Part shown: one piece after another, positions 38,144-46,841 of the stretch
How the letters are laid out: each line of letters begins with the position of its first letter
Position numbering within the stretch: the stretch's first letter is position 1
Assembly (NCBI GenBank): GCA_033977065.1
Contig: JAXCHI010000003.1
Span: 256,001 to 320,000 of the forward strand
DNA from: Candidatus Algichlamydia australiensis
GTDB taxonomy: Bacteria; Chlamydiota; Chlamydiia; Chlamydiales; JAJFMI01
Length of the DNA stretch: 64,000 nt
Direction: 5' to 3'
Program-made: the position numbers and the translations under genes
Notes under the pieces: model-generated
Databases searched by the model: none
Seen by the model: the letters and a program-made list of their open reading frames with translations, nothing else
What the model was told of the DNA's origin: nothing

Positions 38144-40496
38144 TTTTTCCAAAGAAGAGGTTCCAGCTTTTTTGAAATACTCTCTGCTTTTTGCATGCGC
38201 GTGACTCACAAAGACGATCGAGATATTCTGGAATATCTCCGGCGCGCTTCATCAACTCCACTTCACGAACAGCCACAACATCACCACGTGGATCTATAAT
38301 GATTTTTGGAGTGATGAAAAGGAACATCTCCACTTCATCATCATCTGTTTTGACAGAACCAAAGAGCTTGGCAATACCAGGAATTTCACCTAAGAAAGGG
38401 ATTTTTTCCGACTTTTCATTTGTCTGTTTACGGCGCAATCCCCCTAAAATAATTGTCTCACCATCCACAACACGAACATTGTTTTCTATATGGCGACGGA
38501 TCACATCAGGGCGATCGTCCTCATCGCTCATAATGTTGTCAAAATCAATATTCGTTTCTACAGTAATGTACCAATCCTCTTCTCCCATCTCCGGGTCGGG
38601 CTCATGAACCGTGGGCGTCACGACAATTGTCGTTCCAAATTGCGCACGTGAAAACGATTTTTCAAACGTGACTTGTCCATCAGCTGTATTGAGCGGTGCC
38701 GCTCCATTATTAATGGAGATCTCATCAACAATGGAAATTTTGGCAGGTGTCTGGTTGATGGTCGTGACCGTGGGGGCAGAGTTTAAGTGAATGTTTTCTT
38801 GATTCAGCAAGAAGCTGTAGGCCAAGTCGTATGCAGGAAAACTACTCGACTTAGTTCTAGAAAAGAAAAAGTCTAAAAGCCCGGGAACAGAGGCGGCTGG
38901 AGTTGTGTCAAAGGTGAGGCCTTCGCGATGTGTTTGCGAAGCAGCATCACCCAATTTCAAAATATTGAGTCCCGCACGCTCACGATCTTTTAAGCGTCTT
39001 TCAAAAAGAAGCACCTCAATCTGCACCATCTTTTTTGGCACATCTAACTTTTTAACCAAACGCTTGAGTTGTGGCAGCGTATCTTTGCGCACAACCATCA
39101 TAATCGCTCCTGTCTTCTCGTAGGGAATAAAGTGAGTCGTTGTACTCTTTTTCTCTTGTGATTCGATCGACCCTGCTTGCACTACTGGAGGTTGTACCAT
39201 GGGAGGACACGGTGGGGGACCATAAGTTGGTAACTCTTGTGGCATCGGCGGATACTGCGGCTGATTGCAAACTTGTGTACCTTGATTGGGAGGCTCGGTT
39301 TGATCAACCTCATTCCCTTCTAATTTCGCACAAATAAGAGAGGCGTAAACTTTTTCCAATACATCAGATAGTGTCGTTGGATCACTGTGGCGGCAATTGT
39401 ACCAATAAACTGTCATCTCACAGGGATCATCGAGTTGCTCATCCGTTTCGCGAATCACTCTTTCTGCCGCTTCAACAGTCTCTCGCATTCCAACAAGAGC
39501 GATCGCATTTTCATGGGCAAGTGAGACAATCGTAATTCCTTCTCCAGAACCCTTTGCCAAGGTCAATCTCGACCCTCCACGTGCTGCTTCTGCACTAAAG
39601 TAGGCTTTTAAAATTTTCTCCATCTCTTTAGAGCTAATGCGAGTGAAGGGAACAACGCGCGTTACTTTTGTATTCTCTTCATCGTAGACCGCATCATGCA
39701 GAGCAAGAAGTTTGGAAATGTCTTCTTTAGGGGCGATAAGCGCAATCTTTTGGGAGACTTGGTAGATAAACGTCCGCTTCGGATCTCGGAATCTATCAAA
39801 AAAGTTGGCTACTCCGCGTACGCGATCGGGAGAGGGTGAGAAAATATAAACAATGCGCTCACCATCAGCTGCACGATCGAGATGTTCCGGCTTTGTGGCG
39901 ATCAGTGATGTGGTAATTAAATTTTGGCGCATTACATAGAGTTGACGCGCATAATTATTTATTTTTTTTACCCCAACACCGTTCTGTTGCAAAATCACTT
40001 CAAGCAGCTGCCCCCAAGATTCACGTGGAATAGGAACAGCGGAGTGCATGTTGATCTTCATTGAGGACATTTCAGGGGGAATCAAATAGAGATAGTCACT
40101 TGAGCCGTACTCCATCACAAGGGCTGAGAGAGTCGTCTCATCTTGATCCCAAAGAGCGTAACCCTCATCACCAAAACGCCCCTCTTCTTGTGAGGAGTCA
40201 AGCCATTGATTTTCTAGTTGATCAATCTCAAAGCGAATTTGTTTGACATCGTGAAGAAGATCTTTGAATTCTGTTTCATCAGCCTCCTCTTCATGAAGAC
40301 GTTTGATCTCCCTATAGTAATCTGAGAGCTCATGACGAAGAGTGCGCAGCTCCTCATTCACTTTGCCAAGTGAGGTCTCTTCGCGACTCTCACCCGTTGT
40401 CAGAGAGCGGCGCTTTTCCGCAATTGTCTGTGCGCTTAAAGAGCAGCAAAGCAAAATGGTAGCGTTAAAAATCCAATTCTTCATCATCGTCATCAA
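38103..40496 (-). CDS. gspD: Type II secretion secretin
   Basis: LDVPKKMVQIEVLLFE, DGETIILGGL, KIPFLGEIPGIAKLF, FITPKII. Confidence 0.93.
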   Translation of the reverse strand: MMTMMKNWIFNATILLCCSLSAQTIAEKRRSLTTGESREETSLGKVNEELRTLRHELSDYYREIKRLHEEEADETEFKDLLHDVKQIRFEIDQLENQWLDSSQEEGRFGDEGYALWDQDETTLSALVMEYGSSDYLYLIPPEMSSMKINMHSAVPIPRESWGQLLEVILQQNGVGVKKINNYARQLYVMRQNLITTSLIATKPEHLDRAADGERIVYIFSPSPDRVRGVANFFDRFRDPKRTFIYQVSQKIALIAPKEDISKLLALHDAVYDEENTKVTRVVPFTRISSKEMEKILKAYFSAEAARGGSRLTLAKGSGEGITIVSLAHENAIALVGMRETVEAAERVIRETDEQLDDPCEMTVYWYNCRHSDPTTLSDVLEKVYASLICAKLEGNEVDQTEPPNQGTQVCNQPQYPPMPQELPTYGPPPCPPMVQPPVVQAGSIESQEKKSTTTHFIPYEKTGAIMMVVRKDTLPQLKRLVKKLDVPKKMVQIEVLLFERRLKDRERAGLNILKLGDAASQTHREGLTFDTTPAASVPGLLDFFFSRTKSSSFPAYDLAYSFLLNQENIHLNSAPTVTTINQTPAKISIVDEISINNGAAPLNTADGQVTFEKSFSRAQFGTTIVVTPTVHEPDPEMGEEDWYITVETNIDFDNIMSDEDDRPDVIRRHIENNVRVVDGETIILGGLRRKQTNEKSEKIPFLGEIPGIAKLFGSVKTDDDEVEMFLFITPKIIIDPRGDVVAVREVELMKRAGDIPEYLDRLCESRACKKQRVFQKSWNLFFGKNGDPCNASPIYRQ

Positions 40497-41763
40497 AATC
40501 CTCCTTTTCAGAAGGTGAATAAGTTGGCCTACGAGAAGAGGCCTTTTTCTTTACTCTCTTCTCTTTGACTGTAAGTGGGAGGCGAATCGTCTCCGACCTC
40601 TCTCGCATTGCATCAAAATAGTGACCACTAAAAAACTGTGCCCCGCCACTTTTTACAATGCCATCAAATACAAAGAGCTCGCCTCGTCTTTCAAAACAGA
40701 GCAGCTCTTCCACCTCTTCCCAGTCTTCAAGCCGCCTCCACTGATTCTCTACCTTCAGGAGCCAGTCGCCTCTTTTCAAGTGGCTGCTTTCTCCCGCAAT
40801 TTTCAATGAGACAGTTGTTGCCGTGCGGGGTCGGATCCCAGTAAAGAGCTCGCCGGCTCGAAAAGAGGAAGTACGCTTAGGCTTTCTTTGAATTGTAATC
40901 CTACGTTTCAAAAGCCCTTTCTCATCGGAAATTTCAGCGTCAACCCTTTCAGGTGAGGTAGTTAAGATTTTAGCAAGAAAGTGGTTTTTCGTCTCCCCAC
41001 TTGCAAGCTTCCACTCTTTCTCATCAAAAAAGAGTAGATCTCCTTTTTGCACAAAGAGGATTCCTTCATCAAAGAGAAGCCTTGCTGAGCCTGCCTCTTT
41101 GGCATACTCCTCTCCGCCATAAAGAACAAAAAGTTGATCAGGGCCCAAAAGTCTAGCGCTTTCCATTGCTACAAAAGGTTTTCCAAAAATCCCTTCGCCC
41201 AAAAATCGCGCTGTCTCTTCCTGATCAGCTTGCGCGGCAACGAACCTAGACACCTCATTCACAGCCGCTTGCGCAGATGAATCGATAAATAGCTCTGCAT
41301 CAAATTCTAGTTTTTCTCCGATCAAAGTTGGGGTAATTGAAAAAGGCGTTTTAGATTTTGAAAAGCGCAACTCTCCCCCTTTTCCATAAGTCAAATAGTG
41401 TTTTTCACCCGATTGGCTCTCTCTTTTTTCAAAAGACCCTCTCAACCCAAATAAAAATCGTTTGGATTGGGGATTAGACGAAACTAAGAGCACCTCTTTA
41501 TCGAATTTGGGTAGCGATAAGCCTGCAAAGTTTGACTCAATGGCTAATGCTCCTGTGCCAATTTGCTCATAATCAAAACTTTTCTTCTTCCCAACAATCC
41601 GGTTAGATACAAAGCTGTGAACTTCAGCATTATTTTGATAAACAAAATAAAAAAGAACTAAGGGAGAAAAAAAAGTTAGAGCGATCAAGGAAAGGCAAGC
41701 GAGATCGACCCATTTTGTAAGTCGAATAAGAGGAAGACCTTGGAGTATCATAGATAAATACAA
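40465..41763 (-). CDS. Conserved chlamydial membrane-anchored protein upstream of gspD
   Basis: N-terminal TM; overlaps gspD start; GDWLL...W and GELFVFDG motifs. Confidence 0.75.
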   Translation of the reverse strand: MYLSMILQGLPLIRLTKWVDLACLSLIALTFFSPLVLFYFVYQNNAEVHSFVSNRIVGKKKSFDYEQIGTGALAIESNFAGLSLPKFDKEVLLVSSNPQSKRFLFGLRGSFEKRESQSGEKHYLTYGKGGELRFSKSKTPFSITPTLIGEKLEFDAELFIDSSAQAAVNEVSRFVAAQADQEETARFLGEGIFGKPFVAMESARLLGPDQLFVLYGGEEYAKEAGSARLLFDEGILFVQKGDLLFFDEKEWKLASGETKNHFLAKILTTSPERVDAEISDEKGLLKRRITIQRKPKRTSSFRAGELFTGIRPRTATTVSLKIAGESSHLKRGDWLLKVENQWRRLEDWEEVEELLCFERRGELFVFDGIVKSGGAQFFSGHYFDAMRERSETIRLPLTVKEKRVKKKASSRRPTYSPSEKEDFDDDDEELDF

Positions 41764-41809
41764 TATTAAGACATGGTGAATAAAAACCCAAGGGCTCTCT
41801 TTGAGTCAA

Positions 41810-41838
41810 TTGCAAAATAAATTATTAGTATATATATT
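41810..41838 (+). promoter_or_regulatory. Sigma66/70-type promoter
   Basis: TTGCAA-17-TATATT upstream of the 41892 gene. Confidence 0.45.
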
Positions 41839-41891
41839 AAGAATATTGGAAGGATTGACTTATTCAGTTCTTCCTAATGGAGGAATTAATT

Positions 41892-42290
41892 ATGAAAGAA
41901 GGCGTATCTATTCAAGAAATAGAAAACTTCACTAAAAAGTATCGTTTTCAGCTTTTCTTTTCCGTAGCCTTCATTTTGTCATGTCTCTTTTCGTATATCT
42001 TCTTTGGGACAGGATGGAGTGTTTTTATGGGAGCTTTAGGTGGAATCGTAGGTGTAGTTTTCCCTGGAATCGTGGATAAAGTGATGGGCAGTGCCTTTCG
42101 TTTTGTTGGAAAGCAAGAGAAAGTGACACAGATGGTACTAGCAGTTGTAGGACTTGTGCTAGCGGTATTTGTTCCGTTTTTCTACTTCATTCTACTAGGT
42201 GGAATGGGTGGAATTGCGATTGCACACCACTACTCAAAAGCATTTGCTGATAGCGGAAGCAACAACCAGCAGCAGCCACCTACTGCTTAA
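41892..42290 (+). CDS. Small integral membrane protein
   Basis: SD GGAGG before ATG 41892; about 4 hydrophobic helices. Confidence 0.8.
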   Translation: MKEGVSIQEIENFTKKYRFQLFFSVAFILSCLFSYIFFGTGWSVFMGALGGIVGVVFPGIVDKVMGSAFRFVGKQEKVTQMVLAVVGLVLAVFVPFFYFILLGGMGGIAIAHHYSKAFADSGSNNQQQPPTA

Positions 42291-42999
42291 TTACCCCTTT
42301 ACGGTATCGAATATAGTCGAGCAAGTCGACATTTCGATCCGTAAAGTGATTTTTAAGGATCTCAAAAGTTTCTTTACTTAAAGAACCTTGTCCGTTTGCT
42401 GCGTGCTCAAACTCGTTCCAAATCGCAAGCTCATCGGAGCTATTTCCTAGCTCATGATAAAGTGCGGCTAGCCTTAAAAGTGTGAAACCTTGCAAAAGAG
42501 CAAAGTTGGAAGAGGCCTTTTCATCAAGCAACCCCTTTAATCTTATCGTTTCAGCTAGCGCCTTTTCATATTCTTGATTGCCGATCAAGAGAGTTGTGCG
42601 ACCAAAGTCGGCCCATTCAGGAGCTAGGTCATCAGAGCGAGCAATGGACTCTTTAGCAAAAGGCATCGCCCCTTCATAATCCCCTAAACTAATGAGCCTG
42701 TATGCAATGCGATCTTCAAAGCGCGCCTTCAATTCAGGGTGTTTGCCCATCAATGCCTGCAGCCTTTCTAATTTTTCCTTTTCGCCCGATTTTTCCCACT
42801 CATCGATCGTAATGCTAGCAGCTAAAAAATCTGCCTCTTTTCCCGTTTTTGCATGAGTGCTTTTTACCATAAAGTAGAGACCAATTCCGAGAAGAGGGAG
42901 TAAAAAGAGCAACTGCTTGCCCCTTTCCATTAACCAATAAATCCAGCCTCCACCCGAAAGGAGATCCATATGCATCTTTTCTTGATTTTCAGTAGCCAT
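42280..42999 (-). CDS. Membrane-anchored helical (TPR-like) protein
   Basis: N-terminal TM then helical repeats (LLRLAALYHELG); start moved to ATG 42999 to avoid overlap with the divergent gene. Confidence 0.7.
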   Translation of the reverse strand: MATENQEKMHMDLLSGGGWIYWLMERGKQLLFLLPLLGIGLYFMVKSTHAKTGKEADFLAASITIDEWEKSGEKEKLERLQALMGKHPELKARFEDRIAYRLISLGDYEGAMPFAKESIARSDDLAPEWADFGRTTLLIGNQEYEKALAETIRLKGLLDEKASSNFALLQGFTLLRLAALYHELGNSSDELAIWNEFEHAANGQGSLSKETFEILKNHFTDRNVDLLDYIRYRKGVIKQ

Positions 43000-43030
43000 A
43001 TTGAAAACTATAGCAGATTTCTGTTTTAAT

Positions 43031-43399
43031 ATGACTATGTTCTTTTTGCTTTTGGCCTTTTTTCCCACCTACGAAAATCTTACTCTTCTTAATCAGCTAC
43101 AAAGCCAAGCCGACAACGCCGCAGTAAAAGTTTTTTCAGAAAAAAAAGGGGAGAGTCAAACCCATATCTTTGGTGAGAATTTTGCCCCAAACGAGCGCCT
43201 TATCGTCCAATATGAAGTTGAGCGGAAGTCAAAGCGTCGCAATGCTTATACAGAATACTTAACGACAGATGAAAAAGGCCGTTTTTACAAAACACTTGGC
43301 CTTCTCTACCATCACAAACGTGGGGGAGAGAATCAAATCACGGTTAATCGCGTAAACGAAAACCTTACCCTGCAATATACTTGGGAAGGAAAAAAATGA
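43031..43399 (+). CDS. Hypothetical exported beta-rich protein
   Basis: Hydrophobic N-terminus; GENFAPNE...DEKG.F...YTWEG, shared with the next gene. Confidence 0.65.
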   Translation: MTMFFLLLAFFPTYENLTLLNQLQSQADNAAVKVFSEKKGESQTHIFGENFAPNERLIVQYEVERKSKRRNAYTEYLTTDEKGRFYKTLGLLYHHKRGGENQITVNRVNENLTLQYTWEGKK

Positions 43400-44088
43400 T
43401 TCTTCTTCTCCTCAAGCTTACCTCACTTATTCCCTCAAATATTGAAATTCAAGCCATAACTTCACCACCTGAAAAACAGAAAAATCAAACCATCACCCAT
43501 TGCCAGCTCACCTTCACAAACCTTCAGCCAAACCACACCTACAAGCTCGCTTTTCTCCGAGAAGACAAAACAGAGTATCTCTCCTACAACCTTACAAAAA
43601 AAACTACGCCAGAAGAGCTTCAGCTCATTGATTTTGACAACTATCGTGGACTTTTCATCTCTTTAGAAGACCAAGCAACAAAAGAGAAATCGCTCTACCG
43701 TTACTTTCCTCACGAGCAAATGCTACAAATCGATGGCATTACCATCTCACTTGTGAGCCTTGATCCTCGTGGCCGCAATCTGCTCTGCAAGATGCGCGGT
43801 TTTGAGCCCTACGAGCCCTTCCTCTGCCAAGCAATTTGGAAAGAAGAGAACATAATTGAAGGCACCGCAAATGCTGACGGCACTTACACCTACCTCCTCT
43901 CTCATTCAAATTTTGATAAAGGAGTGACTGATCCTTTTACGCTCTACCGCAGCAGCACAAAGCAGACCTCAAAAACAACCTACACCTGGGGCAAAGCCCT
44001 CATGCGCGGCAAAAGAAATCGCATCATCTCTTCCATAAAAGAAGGTTTGAATAACAGCTGTGCCGATAGCACGAGCCGAAAATTCTAA
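43396..44088 (+). CDS. Hypothetical exported beta-rich protein (paralog of the upstream gene)
   Basis: ATGA overlap; RGFEPYE...NADGTY...YTWGK; C-terminus runs into a palindromic element. Confidence 0.65.
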   Translation: MILLLLKLTSLIPSNIEIQAITSPPEKQKNQTITHCQLTFTNLQPNHTYKLAFLREDKTEYLSYNLTKKTTPEELQLIDFDNYRGLFISLEDQATKEKSLYRYFPHEQMLQIDGITISLVSLDPRGRNLLCKMRGFEPYEPFLCQAIWKEENIIEGTANADGTYTYLLSHSNFDKGVTDPFTLYRSSTKQTSKTTYTWGKALMRGKRNRIISSIKEGLNNSCADSTSRKF

Positions 44089-44172
44089 AAAAGGTTATTT
44101 GAAGATCCTAAATAATCTTTTCTTAGACTTTTCGTCCATGAGGTCGGGGCGTGAGTTGTTCAGACCCTCTTA
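44038..44172. repeat. About 135-bp palindromic element with family A-like ends
   Basis: Left AAAGAAGGTTTGAATAAC versus right GTTGTTCAGACCCTCTTA; internal CGAAAATTCTAAAAAAGGTTATTT / AAATAATCTTTTCTTAGACTTTTCG stem. Confidence 0.7.
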
Positions 44173-44207
44173 AAGTAAACGCGTTTAATACAATAGAAAA
44201 CGTTGGA

Positions 44208-44476
44208 TCAAAAGAGATCAGAATGTGTACCGCTTCTTTCAAGTATGATTTTTGTAGAAGTTTTTTTGTATACGAGTAGCCAATCTGGTTCAATATGACA
44301 TTCGAAGTAAGCTTGATAATTCCCAGAGAGCTTGTGATTTCGATATTTCTCTGGTAATGACTTTCCAGAGACTAATATTTCAACCACAACTTTGAGCTTA
44401 GAAAAGTCTTTTCGGCGTTTTTTAACTTTTTGAGATCCTTCTCAAACGTACGCTGAGTTTGAAGAATGAGTTTCAT
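44208..44476 (-). pseudogene. yafQ: YafQ/RelE-family mRNA interferase toxin, frameshifted
   Basis: MKLILQTQRTFEKDLKKLK, then -1 frame KRRKDFSKLK...LPEKYRNHKLSGNY..YFECHIEPDWLLVY...RSGTHSDLF. One A short in the A6 run at 44418-44423. Confidence 0.88.
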
Positions 44477-44724
44477 TCATTCAATCCTAGCACATCCCAC
44501 ATCCGCTCAATATTTTCATAAGTTGTTAACCCAACGCCTCTCTCTGTATCCTCAATCGCTTTTCGAGTGGTTTTATTTGGTTTCTTTTCGGGATAAAGAA
44601 TCGGCTCTAATGCAGATAGAATAAACTCTTTTAATGTTATTCCATTTGCATCTGCTAAGATTTTCAGCTTTTTGTGATCCCTTTTTGGTATTTCAACCGA
44701 AAGCCTTGTTGTTTCTGTTGCTAT
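44473..44724 (-). CDS. Ribbon-helix-helix antitoxin with DinJ/RelB-like C-terminus (ATA start codon)
   Basis: 83 codons (I)ATETTRLSVEIPKRDHKKLKILADANGITLKEFIL...PNKTTRKAIED...; SD GAGGT 5 nt before ATA; ATGA overlap with the toxin. Confidence 0.8.
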   Translation of the reverse strand: MATETTRLSVEIPKRDHKKLKILADANGITLKEFILSALEPILYPEKKPNKTTRKAIEDTERGVGLTTYENIERMWDVLGLNE

Positions 44725-44748
44725 AACTTACCTCAATTGTCTTTATGT

Positions 44749-44777
44749 ATAATAACATATTTTGTGAATTTGTGCAA
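44749..44777 (-). promoter_or_regulatory. Promoter/operator of the TA module
   Basis: TTGCAC-17-TATTAT on the minus strand; overlapping TTTGTG repeats are possible RHH operator sites. Confidence 0.55.
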
Positions 44778-44813
44778 ATGTACACGATTTATAAGTTGTT
44801 AACAATCAGTTTT

Positions 44814-46652
44814 TTAACTTTTTTGAAGGGTAAGAGCATTTAAGACGACAGAGATAGAGCTAAGTGCCATAGCGACACCGGCGATCATGGGATTGAGCAG
44901 GCCAAAGGCAGCTAGAGGAATGCCAAGTGTATTGTAGATGAAGGCAAAGAAGAGATTTTGCCGAATTTTGACAAATGCGCGGCGGGAGAGGTTGATTGCA
45001 TCTACTAAATTATTGAGATGGGAGCGCATCAGACCCACTTGCGCGCTCTCCATTGCGACATCGGTGCCGCTGCTAATGGCAAAGCCGACATCGCTAACTG
45101 CAAGTGCTGGTGCATCATTCACTCCATCACCGACCATGCCGGTTTTCTTGCCTTCAGCTTGCAATTTTTTGACGTAGTTAGCTTTATCATCCGGCAATAC
45201 ACCAGCAAAATAACCATCGACTTGCGTCTGCTCTGCCACTTCCTTTACAGCGCTCTCGCGATCACCGCTTAGGATGTAGAGAGTGAGTCCCATTTCGTGT
45301 AGTTTGGCAATTGCTTCTTTGGCTCCTGGCTTGATGATGTCTTTGAGTGCAAAGCAAGTTAACGCTTTTTCTTGGGAGCCGAGAAGAACCAGGGTAGCTG
45401 TTGAAGTGTCGATCATTTGCTGAAAAGGTGATAAGTCAATATTTTGCTCTGTTAAAAAGTTGGGTGAGCCCATAAAGAACTCTTTGCCATCTACTTTTGC
45501 TGTGACACCTTTTCCTGAGATAGAACGGAAATCTGTAACGGACGCTTCTTTTGTATTTGCCAGATATTTGACGATCGCCTGCGAAATGATGTGCTCGGAG
45601 GACAAGGCTAAAGCCTTGGCAATTTCATAGCTCTCACCCTGCGCTTCAATAACTTGCAACTTTCCTTCAGTCACGGTACCGGTTTTATCAATGAGCAGAG
45701 CTTCGAGTTTTTTACTCTCTTCAAGAGCTTGCACATCTTTGATCAAAATCCCTTCACGCGCACCGCGCCCTGTTGCTACCATGATGACTGTAGGTGTGGC
45801 AAGACCAAGCGCGCAAGGACACGCAATAACTAAAACGGCAACAGCGCTAATAAGCCCCTCTTGCCAGTCACCTGTTATCAAACTCCAAAGAGTGAGTGTG
45901 ACAATACTAATCCCTAAAACGACGGGAACAAAGACGGCTGAAATGCGATCAGCTAGACGCTGAATCGGTGCTTTAGATTGTTGCGCTTCTTCAACAATAC
46001 GAATGATATGACCAAGTGCAGTATCGCTCCCCACTTTGGTCGCTTCAATTGTAAGTGCGCCCTCTCCATTCACACTTCCAGCAAAAACATCGAGGCCCAC
46101 CTCTTTAGCTACAGGAATGGATTCACCCGTTAGCATCGACTCATCGATGGTAGAAATTCCTTCAACTACTTTTCCATCAACCGGTACGCGCTCACCTGGT
46201 CGCACAACAACAAGATCGCTTTTTTTGACCTGTTCAATCGGCATCTCTTCAATGCCACCATTTTTTTTAATGCGCGCACTCTTTGCCTCCATTTTTAAAA
46301 GCGCTGTCATGCCGCTTTTTGCGCGCTCTTTGGAACGATCTTCAAAGTAGCGCCCGAGGAGAACAAGTGAGATCAAAATCGCGCTTGTCTCAAAGTAGTA
46401 ATGAGGAGAAAAGTGAAGAAAAAGGACAGCAACAGAAAAACCCCACGCTGCGCTTGTTCCCAGAGCGATAAGCGTATCCATATTGGGCCGCACGCGAAAG
46501 CCTTGTTTATAAAATGTAGCACCGCAAATGAATTGCACAGGCGTGGCAAGAAGAAACTGTACCCATCCCGGCAGAGGAAAAAGCAGGGGGATGCTTAACA
46601 AAATAGAAAAAACCGCAAGTTTGGGCGAACTTTTATGACAAGCATGCTCCAT
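44814..46652 (-). CDS. copA: Cu(I)-translocating P1B-type ATPase lacking N-terminal HMA domains
   Basis: NMDTL, TGES, CPC, DKTGT, GDGVNDAPAL, YN..IP, MALSS. Confidence 0.92.
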   Translation of the reverse strand: MEHACHKSSPKLAVFSILLSIPLLFPLPGWVQFLLATPVQFICGATFYKQGFRVRPNMDTLIALGTSAAWGFSVAVLFLHFSPHYYFETSAILISLVLLGRYFEDRSKERAKSGMTALLKMEAKSARIKKNGGIEEMPIEQVKKSDLVVVRPGERVPVDGKVVEGISTIDESMLTGESIPVAKEVGLDVFAGSVNGEGALTIEATKVGSDTALGHIIRIVEEAQQSKAPIQRLADRISAVFVPVVLGISIVTLTLWSLITGDWQEGLISAVAVLVIACPCALGLATPTVIMVATGRGAREGILIKDVQALEESKKLEALLIDKTGTVTEGKLQVIEAQGESYEIAKALALSSEHIISQAIVKYLANTKEASVTDFRSISGKGVTAKVDGKEFFMGSPNFLTEQNIDLSPFQQMIDTSTATLVLLGSQEKALTCFALKDIIKPGAKEAIAKLHEMGLTLYILSGDRESAVKEVAEQTQVDGYFAGVLPDDKANYVKKLQAEGKKTGMVGDGVNDAPALAVSDVGFAISSGTDVAMESAQVGLMRSHLNNLVDAINLSRRAFVKIRQNLFFAFIYNTLGIPLAAFGLLNPMIAGVAMALSSISVVLNALTLQKS

Positions 46653-46659
46653 ATCTTAC

Positions 46660-46687
46660 TTATAGCAGTTGCTGCAAAATCCGTCGA
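46660..46687 (-). repeat. Duplicate of the mutY 3' end
   Basis: TGCAAAATCCGTCGA at 46673-46687 and 46867-46881; this copy reads RRILQQLL-stop on the minus strand. Confidence 0.75.
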
Positions 46688-46703
46688 ATAACAAGAACTT
46701 TTT

Positions 46704-46840
46704 TAACCTAGAAATCTACCTAGAAATTTCAAAATTCAAAAGCTTCTAGGTTGAAATTCCTTTATCCCACTTACTAATAGACACTTATAAATTAAAAAAA
46801 CTTTACCTGGAAATTTTTGAACATGAAAATTTCTAGGTTA
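46704..46840. repeat. Small insert with two ACCT(A/G)GAA...TTCTAGGT hairpins
   Basis: ACCTAGAAATTT..AGCTTCTAGGT and ACCTGGAAATTTT..AAAATTTCTAGGT; outer TAACCTAGAAAT/ATTTCTAGGTTA IR. Confidence 0.7.
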
Positions 46841-46841
46841 T

